This document shows, piece by piece, positions 56,372 to 64,000 of a stretch of DNA of 64,000 nt (position 1 is the first letter of the stretch; the number at the start of each line of letters is the position of its first letter). This stretch comes from a virus. Location: IMG/VR virus record IMGVR_UViG_3300008262_000040; one strand, written 5' to 3'. A program made the translations under genes and the position numbers. The notes under the pieces were generated by a model. The model was given only the letters and a program-made list of their open reading frames with translations, was not told where the DNA came from and ran no database searches.

Positions 56372-58774
56372 TTATCCTGATGTGCTTATTATTCTATTGC
56401 CATCAATCTTTCCCTTACCATTTTGAACGTCGTTCTTTTTTATGACTTGGTTGATCTCTTGACCATCCAACATTGTTTTTATTACTATGTATTGGTCTCC
56501 TCCTCGAGCATTAAGATCTTTAGCAACAGCGTCTGCTTGAGCTCTCGATTGGTACATCATGTTGGTGTTCACAGAAGTGGCTCCAAAATTTCCTCCAACT
56601 GATCTCACGCGATTAGCCATTGCCATTCCACCTGATTTGAAAAAGCTCGCTCTTTCCATCCACTTGTCTTCATCTGTGAAAGGTAAGTCAGCAACTACCT
56701 CAAACAAATCGCCTATGAGTCCTGAAACCATCTCTATCGCGCCAGCTATAGCGTCTCTAACCCATTTTATGATACCACGGATGGTGTTTGGGTCTGTTAG
56801 CATATTTACGAACCCTTCTATCTTTTCTATGATTCCTGATCTTTCGACGAAGTCTATAACGCCCTGCTTTATCTTCTCAATCAAAGCCATCAATTTTTCT
56901 TGAGTTGATGCTTGAACCATGGTTTGGTATGCTTGATCTCCCAAAGCTGCGGCCATTTCTTTTTCTGTTCCGTATTTCTTAAGTGCTAATTGGTACATCT
57001 CTCTAGCGTTCTCAGTCCCCTTTGCTCCTAACTTTGAATACATCTCCTGTTTCTGTAGCATGTCTGCCATTTGGTCCCTAGACATGCCCATAGCTTCTGC
57101 TAAACTCTGAGCTTGTAACCTATTCATCTTCAAGAAGTCAGCGCTAGAACCTACGTGTTTGTTGATCTCAGCTGCTGCTCCTGCTAGATCGTTGTTCAAA
57201 AACAGCTCTCTGGCTTTATTTAAGTTTATTTCTTTACCTGTAAGTATTTGCGCCTCCATTTCCTTTGTCACGCTAGACTCAAAATCAAGAAACGAATCAG
57301 CCATTGAATCTAGCTGTTTCATGTCCATTCCCATGGCCTTTATTGTCAATAAGCTTTTTGTTAACTGGGCTGGATATTTAGAAAACGTAAGTCCCAACAC
57401 GCCCGATAGACTGGTAACCTCTTTTAATATTTTTTGATAGTTGAACTGTACTCCTGTTGCCCTTTCTAGTCCTTTTACCTGAGCTAGTACGTTTTTAACA
57501 ACGCCTTGGGTGGACTTACCAGTTATAGTAGAAACCTCTGCTAACTTCGATCGAGTTTCAAGCTCCAATCCTGCAAAGTCTTTCAACATTATGTTCGTCT
57601 GTAAAGTCGCGTCAGATATCCTATTGTTTACCTCTAATTGACCTGCTAATTCGGAGAAAGATTCTAATAGCTTTTTAGAAGTAACGAATACATTTCCTCC
57701 GCTAAAAGATATGTCTTGGAAGTGTCTGTTTAACTGTCTAGCTTGACCAGACGTCATTCCCAAGTTTCTACCAGCTTTCACTATAGCATCATCTACTCCA
57801 ACAACTACGTCTAACAAAGCTGAGAATCCGTCTATTAGCCCGCTAAGCATACCACCTATGAAAGGTATATTTTTTGCCATGCTAGATATTCCACCCGTAA
57901 GTCCAGATACGACGCCTCCGCCTTCTGGCGTTAGTGCCTTTAGTCCAGCAGTGGTCGCTCCAAAAGCAGAGCCTAGAGCGCCTTTTACTGCGTTTTTTGC
58001 TTTTGATATGCCTACAACTAATGCGCCTGCTATAACTGCTGGATCTAATATATTTTGCACCATAGTTTTTCCCGCTGCTTTTATACCAGCTGCTAATACT
58101 TTCCATTTACCAGCATTAGTTACTTTTCCGTTAGCATCAACTGTTTTTCTTGCCGCAAATGTCATGGCGTTATATGCTTCTTCACCAACCCCTATCTTAT
58201 CTGCAAAAATTTTCATTAAATTTCCCGAGATGCCTAACTGCTTACTAACTTTTTTCTCATTTTCGAAAGCTATTTCTCCTGATTTTCTCTCCTCTTGAGA
58301 AACTTCAAGCATTTTTTTGTGGTAATCTAAATTTTGAAGTTCTATATTACCACGCAATCTAGCTTCATTAACAGCAATCTGAGCTTCAACGCGCTCTTTC
58401 ATTTTTAAAGTTGTTGCTTTTTTAAGTAAGCTTTCTAGAGTTTCTCTATTTTTTAATTCTTTTTGAGTTTCTTTCGATAATCCAGCTTCTAAATCAGCAA
58501 CTTTCCTACCAGCTATATATTCTTTTTGTTTAAGATTGTTAAGCTCTCTATTTACTTCTTTGAGATTTATGCTTCCCTTATTTAATGAGTCGATTCTAGC
58601 TGCTATCTTATTATAGCTTTTTTGCATTCTATCCAATTCCTGAGAGGCCGATCTTAGTAAATTGTTATAATCCCCTTGATCCTCTATGAGTTCTTTTAAT
58701 GCTGCTCTCGCGTCTAATATAGACTTATTGCTTGTGCCAGGATTCGATGGATTATTTGGTGTGGGTGTCGCCAT
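56372..58774 (-). CDS. Tail tape measure protein
   Basis: Long helical Ala/Leu-rich protein; LDFESSVTKEMEAQILTGKEINLNKAR; position after the chaperone genes. Confidence 0.8.
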   Translation of the reverse strand: MATPTPNNPSNPGTSNKSILDARAALKELIEDQGDYNNLLRSASQELDRMQKSYNKIAARIDSLNKGSINLKEVNRELNNLKQKEYIAGRKVADLEAGLSKETQKELKNRETLESLLKKATTLKMKERVEAQIAVNEARLRGNIELQNLDYHKKMLEVSQEERKSGEIAFENEKKVSKQLGISGNLMKIFADKIGVGEEAYNAMTFAARKTVDANGKVTNAGKWKVLAAGIKAAGKTMVQNILDPAVIAGALVVGISKAKNAVKGALGSAFGATTAGLKALTPEGGGVVSGLTGGISSMAKNIPFIGGMLSGLIDGFSALLDVVVGVDDAIVKAGRNLGMTSGQARQLNRHFQDISFSGGNVFVTSKKLLESFSELAGQLEVNNRISDATLQTNIMLKDFAGLELETRSKLAEVSTITGKSTQGVVKNVLAQVKGLERATGVQFNYQKILKEVTSLSGVLGLTFSKYPAQLTKSLLTIKAMGMDMKQLDSMADSFLDFESSVTKEMEAQILTGKEINLNKARELFLNNDLAGAAAEINKHVGSSADFLKMNRLQAQSLAEAMGMSRDQMADMLQKQEMYSKLGAKGTENAREMYQLALKKYGTEKEMAAALGDQAYQTMVQASTQEKLMALIEKIKQGVIDFVERSGIIEKIEGFVNMLTDPNTIRGIIKWVRDAIAGAIEMVSGLIGDLFEVVADLPFTDEDKWMERASFFKSGGMAMANRVRSVGGNFGATSVNTNMMYQSRAQADAVAKDLNARGGDQYIVIKTMLDGQEINQVIKKNDVQNGKGKIDGNRIISTSG

Positions 58775-58809
58775 TTATGATTTACTATACAAATAAATAT
58801 GTAAGCAAT

Positions 58810-59133
58810 TTATTTTTTTGGCTTTGACGCCGTTGTTGAATAAGAGTACTGTTTTGCAGCTTCCATGACCTCTTTTGGTATCTTGACTTTATTCATATTA
58901 GTCTTATCTGTAACTACTCGATTTGCTTCGTTTCTCATCTCTTCCACTTTTTCTAGATGTGCGTTTATCTTCTTTATGTTAAACCGTCTGTGAATAATGG
59001 GCATATTCCAAACCTCTGACCATGAGAAGCCACCACCACCGTGATACACTAATTCAAAACACTCTGTCATGAAAATAGGTTTGTATTCTACACCTGGAAA
59101 CAAAGGATACCATATAGCAGTACCGTTTTTCAT
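58810..59133 (-). CDS. Tail assembly / baseplate hub-associated small protein
   Basis: ELVYHGGGGFSWSEVWNMP. Confidence 0.6.
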   Translation of the reverse strand: MKNGTAIWYPLFPGVEYKPIFMTECFELVYHGGGGFSWSEVWNMPIIHRRFNIKKINAHLEKVEEMRNEANRVVTDKTNMNKVKIPKEVMEAAKQYSYSTTASKPKK

Positions 59134-59136
59134 GTT

Positions 59137-59904
59137 TTAGTCTTCGAACTGTGGGAAGAAGAACGAAACTCCCATTGGCATGTCTGTAGTAATCTCTTCT
59201 CCGCTGTTTAACGTAAACGTGATCTTAGTATCTATGTCTGGTGTGTTCTTAGCTATGTCTTGTCTTAGAGATACAGCGTCCCTAGCCAAAAGGTAACCGT
59301 CATCGATGAATTCTCTGATTGTTTTAGTGCTATAGTCGCCGTTAACTGATGTTATCTGGTGTTTTAGCCTTGTTGATAATTGGCCGATCTCAGCGTTTGC
59401 TATCTTCTTCATGCCCTTTATCTCAGCATCAATCTTTCTATCATCGTCAACTGTCAATAGTCTATATGTAACGGTGTTTTTTGAGTGAGGTAGTTCGAAA
59501 GTGAATTCATTCTTCTCGTCGTATAAGTCGTAATTAACGTCTTTGTACTTCAAAGATTGTAAGTCTATTGTAACAGACTCCTCTTGCTCCGAACCATCGG
59601 CTTTGTACTTGAACGTATAGTCCTTTCCGTAACCTAGAATCCTGGCGGCGATCAACAACGCATTACGGTCTCCTATGAGAAGATCCTCGTACCTTATATC
59701 GCTCTTAATAACAGACTTAAGCATGCGTTCTATCGCTAAGCCCTGACGTAACAGGTTCGCATTGGTGAGAATGTCCTCTTCCTTTGCTGTCATGTATTTC
59801 ATTTCGACAGAACCTTTTGATAACGGATTGTCTTTTGCGTAAAGTTTTCCCTTGCTTGGGAGGTCGATCATTTCTGTTGGAACCGAGAATTTCTTTTCTG
59901 ACAT
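59137..59904 (-). CDS. T4 gp26-like baseplate hub assembly protein / tail chaperone
   Basis: LPSKG..Y, MTAKEEDIL, LLIGDRNALLIAARILGYG. Confidence 0.75.
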   Translation of the reverse strand: MSEKKFSVPTEMIDLPSKGKLYAKDNPLSKGSVEMKYMTAKEEDILTNANLLRQGLAIERMLKSVIKSDIRYEDLLIGDRNALLIAARILGYGKDYTFKYKADGSEQEESVTIDLQSLKYKDVNYDLYDEKNEFTFELPHSKNTVTYRLLTVDDDRKIDAEIKGMKKIANAEIGQLSTRLKHQITSVNGDYSTKTIREFIDDGYLLARDAVSLRQDIAKNTPDIDTKITFTLNSGEEITTDMPMGVSFFFPQFED

Positions 59905-59913
59905 AGATTTGTT

Positions 59914-60297
59914 TTAATATAAATATACGTATATAAAATTTATGTCACCAACTGGTCCGAGTACATTCAAGCTACAGTCTTTCTTGTAAAAGTCGGAGTA
60001 ACCGTCGCGGCCTGTTACAGACTCGTGATGCAATCTCACCCATTCCATAACGGCTTGTTGTCCGCTTGGGCTGATGGGGTTATAAAGCGTTAGAGTCATG
60101 TCTCTCCACTCTGCGCGGCCTTTGAGCTTACGGTATACGTTGATGTGATCCAATTTGATCTCATTCAAAGTAACACCTGGAGCGTCAGCCTTTTTAATCA
60201 TGAATGAAGGAATACCGTCTACGAAGAATACGAACCGATTCTGTACCGTTGGTTCGAATGCTGTAAACATTATTTCGTTTGCGTCCAATATTGGCAT
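59914..60297 (-). CDS. Tail tube protein (gp19-like), apparently C-terminally truncated
   Basis: FEP...NRF, LYNPISPSGQQAVMEWVR, GRDGYSDFYKKD, LGPVGD. Confidence 0.85.
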   Translation of the reverse strand: MPILDANEIMFTAFEPTVQNRFVFFVDGIPSFMIKKADAPGVTLNEIKLDHINVYRKLKGRAEWRDMTLTLYNPISPSGQQAVMEWVRLHHESVTGRDGYSDFYKKDCSLNVLGPVGDINFIYVYLY

Positions 60298-60328
60298 CTT
60301 ACTGTGTTTTTATTTTGTATAAATATGC

Positions 60329-60475
60329 TTATTTATCTTTTTTATCTTTCGCAACCTCTTCTTTCTTCTTTTCGTCCTTAGCTCCCTTTTTCTTCTGCAA
60401 TTCTTTTTTTATGCTCTCGTAAAGGGCTTTTGGCACTCTAATCTCTATAACTGTATCGTCGCTGATGTGTTTCAT
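60329..60475 (-). CDS. Small charged protein (48 aa)
   Basis: MKHISDDTVIEIRVPKALYESIKKELQKKK...; fills the gap between sheath and tube. Confidence 0.55.
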   Translation of the reverse strand: MKHISDDTVIEIRVPKALYESIKKELQKKKGAKDEKKKEEVAKDKKDK

Positions 60476-60493
60476 CTGTTTGTTTTTTACCTA

Positions 60494-62671
60494 TTAAGAA
60501 AAGCTGGTTCCTGTTGGTAATATGTTAAAGTTCAAGTATACAAATTCAGCAGCTCTTGTAGGCTGTAAGTATATGCTACCTATCAATTGGTTTCTGTCTA
60601 TAACGTCAGGGGTGTTGTTGCTTTCGTCCATTATAACTTGGAAAGCGTATAGACCCTGGCGCTGTTGAACTGTTTCAAGGTATGGATTAACTTGGTTCAA
60701 GAATTTGTTTCTTGTTGCTTGAGTGTTTGGTTCGAATACCAAAGTTTCTCCGATCTGACCGATGTAGCTCTTAAGTGCTATCAACAATCTTCTAACATTC
60801 ACGCGATCTAGAGCAGAAGCTGCAGCTTGTAAAGTCTTCTGACCGTATACAACTGTTCCTACTCCAGGGAAGTTAGCGATTGGGTTAACACGACCTTGAT
60901 ATAGATTGTTTCTGTCTGTAATGCTAAGCTTTCTTTCTGGCTGTAACACTGTTCCTAGGCCACCGCGGTTAAGACCAGCTGGTGCGAACCACTCTGCAGA
61001 AACTTTATCGTTGTACTCGTATATCGCAGGGATTAGAGTAGAGGCTGGCACAAAGTTAATTTTGCCGGTTTCGCGACTTCTAACTTGTAGCCAAGGCCAG
61101 TAAGTAGCTCCGTAAGAGTTATCGTAAGTAGATGCTTCTGTTACAGCTTGGGTTAGATTTTGAGCATATCCAACAGTGTCTATAACAGCTATACAATCTC
61201 CACGTTCTTGTGCCAAAGTTAGCATACTGTTTATTTGAGTAGGAGCGTTTTGGCTAGTTAAACCTGGAGCGAACAATGTATCAAAGCGATAAGCGTCTTT
61301 GTTTCCAAGTAAGCTGAACGCTACATTATAGTTTGATCTCAAAAGTCCCTGAATGTTATTAGCGTTACTATCTGTTGAAGTTACTGGTATGTTTTCATAA
61401 AGATTCAAATTAGCAAGACCAAAGCTTCCAAAAAGCGCTCCAGTTGCTCCACCAAACGCTCCGTTAACTGAACCAGATCCTAACAAAGGTAGACTAGTAA
61501 AGTATTGTGATTTTGGTTGGCCAGTTGCATCGAAGTATCCTGGTGTTGGCGTGTTTACAGACTTAACGCGTACGTACTTGCTCTTATTTTGATAGCTTCC
61601 GTATGTCTGTAAGTAGTAATTTCCAAATTCGTCAGCTACAGGCACTTCGTATTGATCACCTATAACGTATCCTATGTAATTACTTTGGTTTGGATCTAAA
61701 GATAAACCGGTCCAAGTTTCTAGTATTGTTTTACTGTTGTTGTAATCGTCTCCGCGTCTTACTAACAAGCTAAATGTTCCTGAACCTGAATCAACTGATG
61801 CTATTTCCCATCTTACGTTTGCGCTAGAACCGCTAGGCAAAGCTCCGTTTGTAACAGTACCGCCTATGTTGTTCATTGTAACTCCAGTTGAAAGAGTTTC
61901 TAACGTAAAAGCGTAGTCGTTAATCGCGTTTGTACCACCAGATAAAGTACCCAAAAGCGTCATTGAACCTGTTGAAGCTCCAAACCATCCTCCAACATAA
62001 AACTTATATCCGTTGAATGATGTACCTGCTGAAGATGCACTAATTATTAGATTATTTCCTTGAGCGGTTATTGTTACTTGTGTATCAGCTGAGGCGCTTG
62101 CGTTATTAAATGCAGCTAATGAAGAACTCCACTGAGCTAATGTGTATGAACCACCTGCACCAGGGCTAAAATAACCGTAATCTAATGCAGAGTTATATTG
62201 GCTGTAATCTGAGCCAAATGTAGCTGGCATCAAATAGTAGTAATTATCATTGTTGTCTACTATCGTAAAAGGCGTGTAAGACGCGGTTTGAGCTGCGTTT
62301 AAGGCACTAACATTTATGCTTACAGCAGCAACTCCACCTTGAACTGAACTCAAAGCGTTTGTTACTGAGGCTGTAGCTGATGTGTATGATCCAGATGCGA
62401 CTCTTGTAACCATCAAAGAATCTCCGCCTTGTTCAAAGTAGTTCAAAGCTGCAACGCTAGTTAGGTATTCGTAACTGTATCCTCCAGAAATAAAAGCCGC
62501 TCCGAAGATGGCTTTATATTCCGAATAAGAAGTTACTCTTGTTGGTATATTAACCGGTCCTGTTACTGTTGGACCTACTATTGCGGCTCCGGTTTCTACT
62601 GGGCCTTGTACTATTTGTGATAGATCGTTTTCTTGTAGAAAAACTCCTGGGGAAATCAACACTTCGCTCAT
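60494..62671 (-). CDS. Contractile tail sheath protein
   Basis: ISPGVFLQEND, WFAPAGLNRG, VYGQKTL, DRVNVRRLL, FEPN, PTRAAEF. Confidence 0.95.
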   Translation of the reverse strand: MSEVLISPGVFLQENDLSQIVQGPVETGAAIVGPTVTGPVNIPTRVTSYSEYKAIFGAAFISGGYSYEYLTSVAALNYFEQGGDSLMVTRVASGSYTSATASVTNALSSVQGGVAAVSINVSALNAAQTASYTPFTIVDNNDNYYYLMPATFGSDYSQYNSALDYGYFSPGAGGSYTLAQWSSSLAAFNNASASADTQVTITAQGNNLIISASSAGTSFNGYKFYVGGWFGASTGSMTLLGTLSGGTNAINDYAFTLETLSTGVTMNNIGGTVTNGALPSGSSANVRWEIASVDSGSGTFSLLVRRGDDYNNSKTILETWTGLSLDPNQSNYIGYVIGDQYEVPVADEFGNYYLQTYGSYQNKSKYVRVKSVNTPTPGYFDATGQPKSQYFTSLPLLGSGSVNGAFGGATGALFGSFGLANLNLYENIPVTSTDSNANNIQGLLRSNYNVAFSLLGNKDAYRFDTLFAPGLTSQNAPTQINSMLTLAQERGDCIAVIDTVGYAQNLTQAVTEASTYDNSYGATYWPWLQVRSRETGKINFVPASTLIPAIYEYNDKVSAEWFAPAGLNRGGLGTVLQPERKLSITDRNNLYQGRVNPIANFPGVGTVVYGQKTLQAAASALDRVNVRRLLIALKSYIGQIGETLVFEPNTQATRNKFLNQVNPYLETVQQRQGLYAFQVIMDESNNTPDVIDRNQLIGSIYLQPTRAAEFVYLNFNILPTGTSFS

Positions 62672-62719
62672 TGGGTATTGTTTTTATCTATCAATAAATA
62701 TGTAAATTTACATCAAAAT

Positions 62720-62962
62720 TTATTGATTGAACTCACCAGTCTCTAAATTAATGCTTACCGCTCCGTATTTTTCGTTTAGCTCTGAAAATAACGCTGTTTC
62801 TCTTTTTTTAATATCGACAATGTTTTTCTTTACCTCTTGTAATTGGTTGTCGATTAGGATCTTTTGATATTCTAATTCTCCCACTGCAGAGATGGCTTGT
62901 AACACATCGTCTCTAACCATCTTAACTTTTGCTAATTCGTCTTCTGTGAGTCTTTTTTCCAT
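62720..62962 (-). CDS. Conserved coiled-coil phage protein
   Basis: KYG.VSINLETGE C-terminus. Confidence 0.7.
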   Translation of the reverse strand: MEKRLTEDELAKVKMVRDDVLQAISAVGELEYQKILIDNQLQEVKKNIVDIKKRETALFSELNEKYGAVSINLETGEFNQ

Positions 62963-62965
62963 AAA

Positions 62966-63235
62966 CTATTGTTTTTTTGCTTTTTTACTTGTTGATTTTT
63001 TTGCTGTTTGAGTAGCCTTTTTAGCTGGTGTTGGCTTTTTCTTTATAGACGGTTCAACTGGTTGCTCTGTGGCAACGATAGGATCTTCTTCTACCATCAC
63101 AAAATTGGTGATTTTAGGAGAATTTTGTTCTTCTTCAAAAGAACTAACTGATTCTTCGACTTTTGATGTCTTTTTTAACTTAACGTAAATTATAGCCGCT
63201 AATACAGCTACGGAAATTAGAATTGTTAGTAACAT
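62966..63235 (-). CDS. Membrane-anchored protein with Lys-rich tail
   Basis: N-terminal TM; KKPTPAKKAT... Confidence 0.6.
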   Translation of the reverse strand: MLLTILISVAVLAAIIYVKLKKTSKVEESVSSFEEEQNSPKITNFVMVEEDPIVATEQPVEPSIKKKPTPAKKATQTAKKSTSKKAKKQ

Positions 63236-63317
63236 AAATTGTTTTTTTTGTTAACGTATGTATTTACAAATATAAATATATCAAAATTTATGAAAACACA
63301 ACAATTTTAGTTTCTTG

Positions 63318-63557
63318 TTAGTCGACGAAGTCTGTGATACAGCCTTTTTCTGTTAGATCTTCAACGTTTTTAGAAGCTCTAAGTTCTGCCCTAGCTATTT
63401 CTTTTTCAGTAAAAAGCAAACAGCGTTCGTTCTTACCATTTGCGTCTTCAACCCAGACAGACACGTACCCTTTGTTTTCGTTTTTCTTTTTACGTGTATT
63501 CCACACTCTAATTAAGCGTCCAGCTTTTACTCTTACTTGATCAATTAAATTTGCCAT
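63318..63557 (-). CDS. Conserved hypothetical protein
   Basis: ORF track. Confidence 0.65.
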   Translation of the reverse strand: MANLIDQVRVKAGRLIRVWNTRKKKNENKGYVSVWVEDANGKNERCLLFTEKEIARAELRASKNVEDLTEKGCITDFVD

Positions 63558-63568
63558 ATATTTGTGTT

Positions 63569-63994
63569 TTATATTATTTTATACCACCACAGCCATCCCA
63601 AAAGTCTTACTACATAATATCTAAAATAGTTGTCAAACCTATTATCGTTTGTTATGTTAGTCCAAAATAGCATCTCTTTGTCACACTGTGCCCTAGTCAT
63701 ACCATAAGCTCTCTGGACGTACAAAACGTCGTGAACTAAATAACCAAATAGACCATCATTGAACGGTCTTACGAAGCTCCAGAGCCACTTGGGCACTGTC
63801 GACATATCGTATAAAAAACCTTTAGGTATATTTATTACTTTACCACAACTTAATTCTACAGTAATAGGTTGTTGTAACTTCCAATACTTTTGGCTTTTAT
63901 TTGAGTAGACGTAAGATTGCACTATTAGCTCATCTGATAGTAGCTGCTCTACTACGTTATCTTTAGTAATATAGTTTACTCTTGCCACCTGCAA
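63569..63994 (-). CDS. DUF1353-family protein
   Basis: IPKGF.YD.STVP..LW, LVHDVLY, R..CDK, YYVVRLLGW. Confidence 0.8.
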   Translation of the reverse strand: MQVARVNYITKDNVVEQLLSDELIVQSYVYSNKSQKYWKLQQPITVELSCGKVINIPKGFLYDMSTVPKWLWSFVRPFNDGLFGYLVHDVLYVQRAYGMTRAQCDKEMLFWTNITNDNRFDNYFRYYVVRLLGWLWWYKII

Positions 63995-64000
63995 TGGAAT

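Noticed and set aside
59120-59175. Programmed -1 frameshift between the tail chaperone ORFs
   Set aside because: The FFFP codons are TTC TTC TTC CCA (no slippery heptamer), and the downstream ORF has its own ATG 3 nt after the stop.

Overview
64 kb segment of a large, AT-rich, contractile-tailed (myovirus-type) phage genome, most likely infecting Bacteroidota (DUF4494 gene, T9SS-like secreted proteins, a TAnnTTTG promoter, A-rich leaders lacking Shine-Dalgarno sequences). Almost all genes are on the minus strand. In transcription order (right to left): tail module (sheath, tube, hub/chaperones, tape measure, baseplate, lysozyme-bearing hub); replication module (compact second PolA, SSB, RecA, 5'-3' exonuclease, DnaB helicase, class II RNR, PolA); Hsp20/GroES/GroEL; a nucleotide-modification block whose thymidylate-synthase homologue carries the Asp signature of dCMP hydroxymethylases; a ~14 kb glycosyltransferase/acyl/methyl island that includes FabH and FabG; a RadA-like ATPase; a divergent endolysin/holin pair; and many small accessory genes. 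Most interesting: (1) a candidate cytosine-hypermodification plus acylated-glycan system; (2) a 13-bp inverted repeat bracketing hsp20; (3) phage-encoded T9SS-like cargo; (4) a late-promoter motif that is the reverse complement of T4's; (5) several apparent short deletions (RNR and tail tube C-termini), which may be assembly artefacts. All family calls come from motif recognition by eye, not from database searches.
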